This document shows positions 8,023 to 16,354 of a stretch of DNA of 36,874 nucleotides, piece by piece. The notes under the pieces are model-generated. The model was not told where the DNA came from, ran no database searches, and saw only the letters and a program-made list of their open reading frames with translations. Location of the stretch: positions 1-36,874 of the IMG/VR virus record IMGVR_UViG_3300014202_000777, one strand, 5' to 3'. Position 1 is the stretch's first letter. Each line of letters begins with the position of its first letter. The position numbers were made by a program, and so were the translations under genes. The DNA comes from a virus. Lineage: Duplodnaviria > Caudoviricetes.

Positions 8023-8323
8023 CCTGATAGACGGCCTCAAGTTGATAGCCATACCCGCCCAGGCTGCCCGGCCCGATGTGGCTCCGGAGATCAGGAAAGC
8101 GCGGTCGTTAGTGCTCAGCCTGCTGGATGACCTTGGTGTAAAAGCCAAGTCTGGCAACTGGCAGCCGGTGAATGACTACCTGATGCAGCCGAGAATAGCC
8201 GGTAAACGGCTGGATAAAATGACGGAACAGGAACTAAAAGCATGTGCAACAAGGCTCCGGATGGTGGCAAAGAAACAGGCCAAATCCATAGACGAGGATA
8301 ACCGGAAAGCGCGATTCAACTAA
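7877..8323 (+). CDS. GemA/gp16-like Mu regulatory protein
   Basis: DLTTQQLDSLIDGL and WQPVNDYL..PRIAGKRLDKMTEQEL helical repeats; early-operon position. Confidence 0.6.
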   Translation: MKQATGNSKKRQLVATMLIERGLMTQKEAILSQYGVDRIRDLTTQQLDSLIDGLKLIAIPAQAARPDVAPEIRKARSLVLSLLDDLGVKAKSGNWQPVNDYLMQPRIAGKRLDKMTEQELKACATRLRMVAKKQAKSIDEDNRKARFN

Positions 8324-8638
8324 ACCATTATTCAATAATTCAAAATACATCCTATGGAATTTCCAATTGAGATTTCGCGCTTTCCTGGCATTGGCAAACC
8401 AACACAGGTACGCGACGGACGGGCGGCCCCAAGAATAATTCGTCGTAGCCGCCTGATCTGGTCTTCCAACAGCATGGGGACTTACATCAAAAAAGTATAT
8501 GGCCCCATAGGCGTACAGGCCGAAAAACAGGGCAAAGCGGCTGACTGGGCAGTGCGGCGGTAAAACATACATGTAGCGCCGCGACGAGGAGGGGAGGTTG
8601 GTTGGACAAATCTTGTCCAAAATAAGTCGCGGGCTGGT

Positions 8639-8713
8639 TGTCGATGGTGCCGAAAGGGGCATTTTTCCCTGGAGTGAACTGGCTGCATGGGGGTTCGAGT
8701 CCCTCCTTCGACA
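8639..8713 (+). ncRNA. Degenerate tRNA-like element
   Basis: TGTCGA/TCGACA closing stem, GCC-GAAAGG-GGC D-like arm, GGGGG-TTCGAGT-CCCTC T arm; no regular anticodon arm. Confidence 0.5.
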
Positions 8714-8734
8714 CAAACAAAACCCATCATCAAC

Positions 8735-8992
8735 ATGACACAAGAAGATTTAAAAAAAGCCCAAAACCTGATGGATGAAATCAGGGATCACCAGTCTGTA
8801 CTGGATTATTTAAACAGATTCAAATCCGACATCGATGATCCAATTGAATTCGTGGTCAACTACTTAAAAGAGTGCAGAAACGTAGGCAATACCAGCCTAC
8901 GCAAATCCTTGGCACTTGGCTTTTTGGAAGACTCCAAGACGTTCCTGACCACGAGCATTAAAATGAAGCAAGAGGAATTCAACGCACTTTAA
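8735..8992 (+). CDS. Hypothetical protein (MTQEDLKKAQ...)
   Basis: ATG 8735 follows an A/C-rich leader; the track start lies within the tRNA-like element. Confidence 0.65.
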   Translation: MTQEDLKKAQNLMDEIRDHQSVLDYLNRFKSDIDDPIEFVVNYLKECRNVGNTSLRKSLALGFLEDSKTFLTTSIKMKQEEFNAL

Positions 8993-9007
8993 ATTCCATT
9001 TATCATT

Positions 9008-9301
9008 ATGAACCTCTACATCTGTTACCACTGGAACGTGGTGGCGAAAATCAAAGGCCGCCGCCGCATCGTTCGCAACAATACCTACCGGGTATTGAGC
9101 ACGGATAAAGAAGATGGAGTACAGTTCGCTACCAAACTGCTGCTCAAGAAAAAAAAGCACTTCCTGCTGGAGATCGTCAGCATCACAGCGGTAGGCATCG
9201 CCTTCGCTTTCGACATGGACAAGATTGAGGTGGAGTGTTTTGAACGCGAAGATTTGGACGCGATGTGGCTGACAGATAAGAATAACCCAAACCGTAGTTG
9301 A
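9008..9301 (+). CDS. Hypothetical protein
   Basis: Tightly packed in the early operon. Confidence 0.55.
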   Translation: MNLYICYHWNVVAKIKGRRRIVRNNTYRVLSTDKEDGVQFATKLLLKKKKHFLLEIVSITAVGIAFAFDMDKIEVECFEREDLDAMWLTDKNNPNRS

Positions 9302-9498
9302 GCATGGAAGTCTTTCTCAAACACTGGGAAACCCAGGGCTTCACGGTTTCAGAAAGAAGCGCATGGCCAGGGGAATACGAACTATCTAAAAAGGGCTTTC
9401 ATACGGTATATGCAATGTTGGTAAATGGCTTTGTGTGCGTGTTTTTTGAGGATGGCAGGTTGATGGGGAAGGTCAGGAACCAAGGGACTCATTTTTAA
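9298..9498 (+). CDS. Hypothetical protein
   Basis: Coupled to the upstream gene. Confidence 0.5.
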   Translation: MSMEVFLKHWETQGFTVSERSAWPGEYELSKKGFHTVYAMLVNGFVCVFFEDGRLMGKVRNQGTHF

Positions 9499-9511
9499 TT
9501 TAAAAGATACC

Positions 9512-9742
9512 ATGCCTCACATTATCATCCAAACCCATCCGGTCGGCCACGTGATCGACATACAGGGCACCCAGGAAGAGGTGACCACCCTGCTGGCGCT
9601 GGCCATACTCGGCAGCGAGCGCCTGAAAAGTGTGATACTGGACGCGCTTGATGCGCAGGCATACCTCATAGAAAGAGGATGTAAAGCCCTGCCGGTGGAA
9701 GGCAAGATGGTGGATATTGATAACGCTGACATAATAAACTGA
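9512..9742 (+). CDS. Hypothetical protein
   Basis: AT-rich leader, operon packing. Confidence 0.55.
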   Translation: MPHIIIQTHPVGHVIDIQGTQEEVTTLLALAILGSERLKSVILDALDAQAYLIERGCKALPVEGKMVDIDNADIIN

Positions 9743-9744
9743 AT

Positions 9745-10323
9745 ATGAGATACACAGGCAAAAAACACTGCGCGTCATGCGGAGTAGAGGCAAGGCGCAG
9801 GCCCTGGAACGATGCCAATCGGGCTATCTGTTACCACTGCGATGACTTAATGAAGATCGGAGAGACAACCCTGAAAAAGGCAAATGAAGCGCCTGAATAC
9901 TCCATTGCAGTAAAACTGGCGTCATACTCTCCTGGCAAGTACACGTTGAAGGCTGAATTCGATAATTACGGCATCGATGTATCAAATCGAAGTTCCAGAT
10001 GTGTCACCTATAAGCCGCCATACATAACTGACCGTGACGGTTCTTATTCCAGTCGAATGCTCAATGATGCCATAAATGCTTTTTTAACGGCCCTTAGTGA
10101 CGGTGCTCCCCAAAAAGAGAATGGAGCCGAATGTATCTATTGTGATGACGGCTGCTCATTCGGAAATGATGTTGCTCTGCGGAGTTCACACGCACAGGCA
10201 TGGGTAAAGTTCTACGACGAGTTTTCGCAGTTCTGTAATGGGCTGATCGCAATCGGGGAGGATAAAGGCAAAGATTACCTCAGCGCTTTGATCCGAAAAG
10301 AGACCGCTTTATATAATGGATAA
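9745..10323 (+). CDS. Hypothetical protein with N-terminal Zn-finger-like CxxC...CxxC
   Basis: CASC...CYHC, plus a later CIYC. Confidence 0.6.
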   Translation: MRYTGKKHCASCGVEARRRPWNDANRAICYHCDDLMKIGETTLKKANEAPEYSIAVKLASYSPGKYTLKAEFDNYGIDVSNRSSRCVTYKPPYITDRDGSYSSRMLNDAINAFLTALSDGAPQKENGAECIYCDDGCSFGNDVALRSSHAQAWVKFYDEFSQFCNGLIAIGEDKGKDYLSALIRKETALYNG

Positions 10324-10666
10324 ACGGCAGTATAACATCGACCTGTCCGGTGCCGAAATGTCGGCCACCGCCAACCTGCTGGAAACCCTGCGGGAAGTAG
10401 GGCCACCGGCTGGCCTGGAATGGGCCGGTATGGTGATGGCTTGGTGGTATGAAAAAAACTACAGCAAAATATACACTGCACGGCCACCTTACCGATTCCG
10501 GATGAAGGATTACCAGGCGCTGGCGCTGCGCCAACTACTGCTGACGGTAGGGCTGCGCAACCTGGTGGAGGATGCGATCCGCAACGGCCTGGTGGCCGAA
10601 CTGGATCAGCAGTTGCAGCACAAAGCGATCACCTTAAACAGCAACCAACAAAAGTTACTCCAATGA
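10316..10666 (+). CDS. Hypothetical protein
   Basis: Overlaps both neighbours in an operon pattern. Confidence 0.6.
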   Translation: MDKRQYNIDLSGAEMSATANLLETLREVGPPAGLEWAGMVMAWWYEKNYSKIYTARPPYRFRMKDYQALALRQLLLTVGLRNLVEDAIRNGLVAELDQQLQHKAITLNSNQQKLLQ

Positions 10667-11286
10667 GCAGAAGCATCGGCATCAATGAATTCCTGGAACG
10701 CAAGTTCATCACTTACCTTTTCACCGGCGAGTGGGCAGCCACATTCGGCGAGCCGGAACGCAACATGCGGGTGATCATATACGGCAAGCCTGGCCAGGGC
10801 AAAACGGAGTTCTGTATCAAACTGGCCAAGTACATGGCCCGGTTCACCAAGGTGTACTACAACTCCTTTGAGCAGGGCATCAGCAAAACCCTGCAAGATG
10901 CCCTGGTGCGCAACAATATGCGCGAAGTAAACGGCAAGGTGATATTCGGCGACCAGGAAACCTACACCGAAATGCGCAAGCGCCTGGCGAACAAAAACGC
11001 GCCTCAGGTGGTGTTTATTGACAGCCGTGACTACATCAACCTGACCGCCGAGCAATTCAAAACCCTGATAGATGAACACCCGCGCAAGTCGTTTGTGATC
11101 GTGTGTTGGGAGTCGGGCGGCAAGCCGCGTGGCGAGTTTGCCAAACAGATAGAATTCATGTGCGACGTGAAGATCAGGGTAAACGACTTCGTGGCCTACC
11201 CGCGTTCGCGGTTTGGTGGCAATCAGAATTTCCTTATCTGGAACCGACGCGCCCGCGCCGGTCAGCAAACCGCTATGGAAATATGA
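10663..11286 (+). CDS. Second P-loop NTPase (RecA/RadA-like fold)
   Basis: Walker A GKPGQGKT, YNSFEQG, Walker B VVFIDS, SRFGG tail. Confidence 0.85.
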   Translation: MSRSIGINEFLERKFITYLFTGEWAATFGEPERNMRVIIYGKPGQGKTEFCIKLAKYMARFTKVYYNSFEQGISKTLQDALVRNNMREVNGKVIFGDQETYTEMRKRLANKNAPQVVFIDSRDYINLTAEQFKTLIDEHPRKSFVIVCWESGGKPRGEFAKQIEFMCDVKIRVNDFVAYPRSRFGGNQNFLIWNRRARAGQQTAMEI

Positions 11287-11393
11287 ACCAATACGACTTC
11301 ATGCCACCAACTGAACAGGAGCGCCGCTACGTGCGGATCGCCCGGATCATAGCCGCCGCCCTGGTGGCGGCGCTGGCGGTTCTGCTTTTCTAA
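11283..11393 (+). CDS. Small single-pass membrane protein (36 aa)
   Basis: ATGA overlap; hydrophobic C-terminus IIAAALVAALAVLLF; last gene before the terminator. Confidence 0.5.
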   Translation: MNQYDFMPPTEQERRYVRIARIIAAALVAALAVLLF

Positions 11394-11403
11394 CTCTATC
11401 CTG

Positions 11404-11436
11404 ACGAAAACGCCCGCACTTAGCGGGCGTTTTCGT
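11404..11436. terminator. Bidirectional intrinsic terminator
   Basis: 14-bp stem ACGAAAACGCCCGC/GCGGGCGTTTTCGT between convergent genes. Confidence 0.8.
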
Positions 11437-11455
11437 TAGACGATAGTTAGCAGAT

Positions 11456-11986
11456 TTATTGGTACATCACGTTGTCTACCTGCACCTCATACTTATCGGC
11501 GTTCTCAATACCAATGGCCATCACGTCGATTGTCTTTTCCGCATTGCCTGCCAGGTTGGCTGTGTTACCGATTCCAGTGCCTACGATTTTCCCATCCTTA
11601 TCATAGAAGGTTGCTTTAATATCCATATACACGACCAGTTTGTCTGTGTTGTTGCGAGTGCGGCAATGGATCGTGTGAGCGCCCATCATGGATTCAAAAG
11701 TCATAGAATGCTTTACAATCTCAATGTCGGGTTTCGCTGCCTCCTTGGGCGCTGCTGGGGCCGCTGCACCGGTGGCTGAAGTCAAACCACTTGCTTCCGT
11801 TTGTTGTTGCGGGAAAAGATTACTGAAAACAACCGCGCAGGCTACGAAACCTAAGCCGTAAAGAAGTGCCGAAAATTTTCGAGTGCGTTCCCCTTTGTAC
11901 CAGAACAAACTGGTTTTAGGTGAGAAAATGCCTATGATAAATAGGACAAAGATTGCTAATGTTAGCAGTGAGGTGAGTGTTGCCAT
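11456..11986 (-). CDS. Moron: membrane protein with C-terminal FxLYD-type Ig-like domain
   Basis: Two N-terminal TM helices, Ala/Pro linker, ATFYDKDGKIVG motif; own promoter and terminator. Confidence 0.75.
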   Translation of the reverse strand: MATLTSLLTLAIFVLFIIGIFSPKTSLFWYKGERTRKFSALLYGLGFVACAVVFSNLFPQQQTEASGLTSATGAAAPAAPKEAAKPDIEIVKHSMTFESMMGAHTIHCRTRNNTDKLVVYMDIKATFYDKDGKIVGTGIGNTANLAGNAEKTIDVMAIGIENADKYEVQVDNVMYQ

Positions 11987-12008
11987 TTGAGTTGCTGTTT
12001 ATTTAAAC

Positions 12009-12041
12009 CAAAAGTACAGCTGACGCACACACTTTTCCAAA
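12009..12041 (-). promoter_or_regulatory. Housekeeping-sigma promoter of the moron
   Basis: Minus strand TTTG (12041-12038)-N21-TACTTTTG (12016-12009). Confidence 0.65.
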
Positions 12042-12052
12042 CCATAAATGAG

Positions 12053-12084
12053 AGAAGGCACCCGGAGCGATCCGGGTGCCTTCT
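12053..12084. terminator. Hairpin terminator downstream of the endolysin
   Basis: 14-bp perfect stem AGAAGGCACCCGGA-GCGA-TCCGGGTGCCTTCT. Confidence 0.7.
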
Positions 12085-12201
12085 GTGTTTTTGGTGAATA
12101 ATGCAAGTCGGGGCTACCCCAACGACTACCCCAATGTTTTTATCGGTTGTCCCAAAGCAGGCTGAGCGCCCAGAGCAAACCGGCTGCGATAAACAGAAAG
12201 A

Positions 12202-12828
12202 TCATACGGTAAGTGCAGGTTTTAGACAGGTGAGACGTTGGAAATCAAAAGCGGGTGATACATCCGACTTGTCGCGCCGGATGTTGCAGTGCGCGTATAT
12301 GCTGTATTTGTCGGCCACCCTGGCGTTGAATTCCAGGTCGGGACAAATGGTAGGCTCCAGTTTGAACCGATCCAGCAGCATGGGCAGGAGTTCGTTCAGC
12401 GCCTGGTATTGCTGTTCGGTGTATTCTGCCCAGCATTCGTAGCCGCGCCACTTGGCAAACGTATATCCCAATCCTTTGTATGGCACTCCCTTGGTGGTGG
12501 GGCTAAAATTCCATCGGTAGCCGAGGCCGTCGAATCGAAGCGGGCCTTCATTGGCCAGTTCGATGCCGATGCTGCATCGGTTCAGCGCTACGTTGTTCGA
12601 TGTCTTGAGGCCCAGGTGATGCGCCCAGTATTCGGGTTGGAAGGCTTCGTAAATGGTGCCGTCCTTGTCGATCACATAAGCAGTGCCGATGCGCTGCCGA
12701 TCAATGCCCCACCAGGTAAGGGCTGAGCGGGCTGTGCTGCTTACGGTGTGGTGCAGCACGATATTCCTTTTCGGAAAAACCTCTTTGAAATACTGCCCGG
12801 CTGGCAGCGGCGCTGGTACAATTTTCAT
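12202..12828 (-). CDS. Endolysin, N-acetylmuramoyl-L-alanine amidase (Amidase_2)
   Basis: IVLHHT, AYVIDKDG, WAHHLG, SIGIELANEG, YAHCNIRRDKSDVSP zinc-amidase motifs. Confidence 0.9.
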   Translation of the reverse strand: MKIVPAPLPAGQYFKEVFPKRNIVLHHTVSSTARSALTWWGIDRQRIGTAYVIDKDGTIYEAFQPEYWAHHLGLKTSNNVALNRCSIGIELANEGPLRFDGLGYRWNFSPTTKGVPYKGLGYTFAKWRGYECWAEYTEQQYQALNELLPMLLDRFKLEPTICPDLEFNARVADKYSIYAHCNIRRDKSDVSPAFDFQRLTCLKPALTV

Positions 12829-12871
12829 AATTAAAACAATTTGATTAATTTTGTGTCAAATTTACAACAAA

Positions 12872-13429
12872 ATGTTGAATCTGATTTATGCCGCGCTAAA
12901 AAAACGCCTTGCCGAAAAGGTGGAACCCAAACTGATCGACTGGTTTTTGGGCCAGTATATGGAGGATGATATGGAGGATGGCGGCGCGTTGCTGTGGAAT
13001 ACCCCGACCATATTCCTGGAGTTTCTGCCGGTGGACTGGGAGACGCGGCCCGGCAATCTTCAGACCGCAACGCTGCGCCTGAACGCGCACCTGGTGAACG
13101 ATACGCTGTACGATAATGACCAGCGCATCCTGGACGCCACGATCAATCACCTCGGCATGGAAAGCGCGGTGTTTGTGGCCCTCATGAACTGGCGCTGCCT
13201 GCTTTCCTACGTGCCAGGATTCGAGGCGCTGGCAGGGGAGCCAGAGGACAGGGTGCTGATAGAAAGCATGGTGCGCAACACATCGGAACCGGATCATGCC
13301 ATGCGCAAACAACTGGTAAGTGTGCAGGGATTCAGCAGCCGGGTGTTCGACTACTCGGCCACTCCACAGTGGCAAACGGTGCTGGCCACTTTACAACTGG
13401 ATATTCAAAAGGTAAACGTATTACCGTGA
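12872..13429 (+). CDS. Putative tail terminator/completion protein (Mu gp37-like)
   Basis: IYAALKKRL..LIDWFLGQY..PTIFLEFLPVDW pattern typical of this family; ATG 12872 preferred. Confidence 0.55.
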   Translation: MLNLIYAALKKRLAEKVEPKLIDWFLGQYMEDDMEDGGALLWNTPTIFLEFLPVDWETRPGNLQTATLRLNAHLVNDTLYDNDQRILDATINHLGMESAVFVALMNWRCLLSYVPGFEALAGEPEDRVLIESMVRNTSEPDHAMRKQLVSVQGFSSRVFDYSATPQWQTVLATLQLDIQKVNVLP

Positions 13430-13452
13430 GCATAACTAAACCCGTTACTCTT

Positions 13453-13623
13453 ATGCAATTACGCCCGTCCACACTGCGCAAGTATGAGGCCATACATGCG
13501 CGGTACCATCACCTGTACAACGTCGAGCGCAAACGGATCGATGATGTAGAAACTCAACTCTGCACTGAGTTCTTTCTTTCCAGGACTCGTGTGCTGATCA
13601 TCCTGAAAATGGAATTGAAATGA
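13453..13623 (+). CDS. Mor/C-like small HTH transcription regulator
   Basis: 56 aa; YEAIHARY...QLCTEFFLSRTRVLIIL resembles the Mor/C C-terminal HTH. Confidence 0.6.
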   Translation: MQLRPSTLRKYEAIHARYHHLYNVERKRIDDVETQLCTEFFLSRTRVLIILKMELK

Positions 13624-13775
13624 TGTTGCTGGTATTTGTCATGTCGGCCTATGCGGCCAACACGGTAGGCATGTTGTTCTGGTCGGTGTACGTGGTGCTG
13701 TGCAGGCCGGATATTTCAGACCGGCAGATCATTTGGAATCTGCTGGTGCCGTTCCGTTTTCTGTGGTATTTTTAG
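13620..13775 (+). CDS. Small hydrophobic protein (51 aa), not in the ORF track
   Basis: ATGA overlap; hand translation MMLLVFVMSAYAANTVGMLFWSVYVVLC...FLWYF. Confidence 0.5.
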   Translation: MMLLVFVMSAYAANTVGMLFWSVYVVLCRPDISDRQIIWNLLVPFRFLWYF

Positions 13776-14311
13776 CCGATGGCGTTTTGGAGCGCCAACT
13801 CGATATGCTTTACGATGCGTTGCTCCAGTAGCCAGGACTTCCCCATGAATTTCCGTTTGGGTATTTTGATGGTCAGTTTTTTGGACAGGGCCATCGCCTT
13901 GAACACGCTGGCCTGTGAGTAACCGCCGTACTTCAGTTCCTTGTGATACATGGCCCAGAAGTATTTGCGCTGCCGAGGGGTAACGGTCTGGATGATCGTT
14001 GCCCCTTCGTTGTGGGCCTTGGCGTAGGGCAGTTCCGTATATATCTCAAAGTAGTCGGCACCGGCTTTCATACGCAGCGACCGGCGCAGCGCCCCGGACT
14101 TGACGAGCACTGCGCGGGACTTGCCGCTCTGCTGGCCCCGGCGCTTTGGCCAGCGCTCCAGGCGGCGGTCTATAAATCCCTGCCGACGCCAGGAGTCTTT
14201 AAACAGGTTGAGTGCGGCGTTGCCTGCGGTTTTGGGCAACCGCTTGAATATGTCTTTAAGGCGCATTTCAGTACCCTTAAAGTTGGGGAAATCCATCCGT
14301 ACTACTTTCAT
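13772..14311 (-). CDS. Phage virion morphogenesis protein (Mu gpG-like)
   Basis: WPKRR, LVKSGALRRSL, LPYAKAHNEG, IPKRKFMG motifs. Confidence 0.85.
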   Translation of the reverse strand: MKVVRMDFPNFKGTEMRLKDIFKRLPKTAGNAALNLFKDSWRRQGFIDRRLERWPKRRGQQSGKSRAVLVKSGALRRSLRMKAGADYFEIYTELPYAKAHNEGATIIQTVTPRQRKYFWAMYHKELKYGGYSQASVFKAMALSKKLTIKIPKRKFMGKSWLLEQRIVKHIELALQNAIG

Positions 14312-15081
14312 GGCTGTAGCCTTTCTTTTTCGGCCAGCCCTTGCATGGCCTTCATGATACGGTCGCGTTCCTGCTCTTTGAACCCCGCAAAGTAGGGGTG
14401 CTCGGGGCCGAATAACTGCCGGGTTTTACCGGCATTGAACCGAAATACCAGAGGCGCCTGCTTCTCATCAGGCAGGTATTCCGGTAAATCCGTCTCACCA
14501 CCGGCTACCTGCTCCACGTCGCAGCGGCAGTTCCAGCCTACGGGTGGCAGCCACTCGTCCCAGAAAGCGTCGTCGATGTGCCGCACGGTTCCCTGGAGTA
14601 ATTGGTGTGCAAGTCGGACGCGTTCATCGCCTGCGGTCACGTAGCGCAGGTATGGCAGTTCTTCGCGGTTGTCCTGGAAATCCTGCCAGCGCACAGCCAT
14701 CTGGCCGGTGGCTATGGCGGTGTTGTATTCGGCTTCCAACCAGGAGCCGTTGTAATCCTGCTGGATGGCCAGTGCTATATCCCGGAAGGCTGCGAAAGAA
14801 CGGGGCTGGCCATTGCTGTCGGTCAGGGCTTCCACCAGGTCGCTGATGTTGTGGTGGTTTTTGAAGGCTGCGAATACCATAGCCGACTGGCGAAGGGCGC
14901 TGACCAGGTCGAACAGCGCTTCTCCTTCAGCAGGCGTGCCGGCAGCATTGGCCACGGCCTGCCAAAGCGCCTCCACGTTGGCCCGCCAGGTACCGGCGTC
15001 CAGATCACCGGCCAGCAACTTACCGGCGTACACATTGCTTATGGCCTGCTCTATTGCATTGGTCAGGTTCATGTGCAGCAA
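14308..15081 (-). CDS. MuF/SPP1 gp7-like minor head protein
   Basis: WLEAEYNTA, YVTAGDERVRLAH, PPVGWNCRC motifs; short form without a toxin extension. Confidence 0.9.
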   Translation of the reverse strand: MLHMNLTNAIEQAISNVYAGKLLAGDLDAGTWRANVEALWQAVANAAGTPAEGEALFDLVSALRQSAMVFAAFKNHHNISDLVEALTDSNGQPRSFAAFRDIALAIQQDYNGSWLEAEYNTAIATGQMAVRWQDFQDNREELPYLRYVTAGDERVRLAHQLLQGTVRHIDDAFWDEWLPPVGWNCRCDVEQVAGGETDLPEYLPDEKQAPLVFRFNAGKTRQLFGPEHPYFAGFKEQERDRIMKAMQGLAEKERLQP

Positions 15082-16340
15082 GGGTCTTTTTGGAAGTACT
15101 GTTGGTAGTGCGCATCAAACGAAAGCCGTCGTTCGTTTTTCGGCTCCTGGTCGCCCAGGCCAATGGCCAAACGGACGGCATTGGCTACGATGGCAGAGAG
15201 TTTCTCGTCATCCGTTTTGGCTTCGCCCGGCTTGTCTGTTTTGTCGGTCGATCCCTTTTTCTCCTCCTGGCGGCGCAGTTCTGTAAACTCGAACGTTGCG
15301 CCATCGAGGGCGTAGCCATGCCGGATCAGGAAGGGGATCAGTTGGAAGTTGATCCAGTACTGAATGCGATACATTCGGCTGAAGGTGTAGTCGTTCAGTA
15401 TGCGCTCATGCACCTCGGCGCTACCCACGAATGCTTTCTCAGCGCTGGTGCCGGTTTGGCCGTTTATGATCTTGGCGATCTGCTTGTCAGCCATTTCCAT
15501 CCGGTCGCGGAAAGTGTAGTGCGCCGTGCCGGTGAAGTTGCCGATGACGGTACCGATCTCGTCTTCATCGTCCAGGATGGCGTAGCCGTTCGAGGAGAAG
15601 TTGGCGGCCATCTCCTCCTTGGCGTCCAGTTCTTTCTGGTCGCGGGTGCTGGTCTTGATGGTCAGGAACGGAGAGCCGAAACGCTCGCTGAACAATGACC
15701 AGTCCGTATCGCTGAATCGTTTGCGCAGGGCCGGTATGGTTATAATATGGTACAGGCCCAGATCGTCGGGGCGGCCCATCTCCAGCAGGTAGGGAAATTT
15801 CGCTGCATCGCGGTATTGCTCACCCTCGGCGTCGCTCTGGTTGACCAGCACGTCACCATACTCAGGGCGAACCTGGTCGCGGGGAATTGTCCAGAAAGCC
15901 TGGAACTCTCCTCCCTCATTCAACTGCGGGTTGAACTCCACCAGGGAGTGGCCCCAGAACTCCGTTTTCACGGCCACCTCGATGAGATCAAAGAACCAGG
16001 GCCGGGCGAATAACTCTGCCAGTTCCTCGTTCGGTTTCTTGTTCACAACGATTTCGTAGGGCGCTCGCTGCACGGTCATAAAGGCAGTGCGGGTTTGGCA
16101 GGTCACTTCATCGTCGAGTTCGGTTTCCCGGTAGAACGCATACAGCGCACGGCGGTCGGGCCGGATGGGGCTGATGGCGGTATCGTAAGCCTGGCGGAAC
16201 TGCTTGAATTCCGCTTTGATCTTCCACACATAGGAGCGTGTGAGCCTGTAGCGAAACAGCCCTTTCTTTATCTTGTCCGAAACCTCTTTGCTTTTTTGCT
16301 GCCAGAGGCTTGATATGTTATTCAGGAAATCTTTGATCAT
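15069..16340 (-). CDS. Portal protein (Mu gp29/DUF935-like)
   Basis: FWGHSLVE, WSLFSERFGSP, IINGQTGTS, AEVHERI motifs. Confidence 0.9.
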   Translation of the reverse strand: MIKDFLNNISSLWQQKSKEVSDKIKKGLFRYRLTRSYVWKIKAEFKQFRQAYDTAISPIRPDRRALYAFYRETELDDEVTCQTRTAFMTVQRAPYEIVVNKKPNEELAELFARPWFFDLIEVAVKTEFWGHSLVEFNPQLNEGGEFQAFWTIPRDQVRPEYGDVLVNQSDAEGEQYRDAAKFPYLLEMGRPDDLGLYHIITIPALRKRFSDTDWSLFSERFGSPFLTIKTSTRDQKELDAKEEMAANFSSNGYAILDDEDEIGTVIGNFTGTAHYTFRDRMEMADKQIAKIINGQTGTSAEKAFVGSAEVHERILNDYTFSRMYRIQYWINFQLIPFLIRHGYALDGATFEFTELRRQEEKKGSTDKTDKPGEAKTDDEKLSAIVANAVRLAIGLGDQEPKNERRLSFDAHYQQYFQKDPCCT

Positions 16341-16354
16341 CGGAAATGTCAGGT

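Noticed and set aside
8354-8563. 69-aa ORF
   Set aside because: Not called with confidence: no recognisable features and it overlaps multiple hairpins, though coding cannot be excluded
14308-15081. MuF polymorphic toxin
   Set aside because: The protein ends after the MuF domain, with no toxin extension or immunity gene
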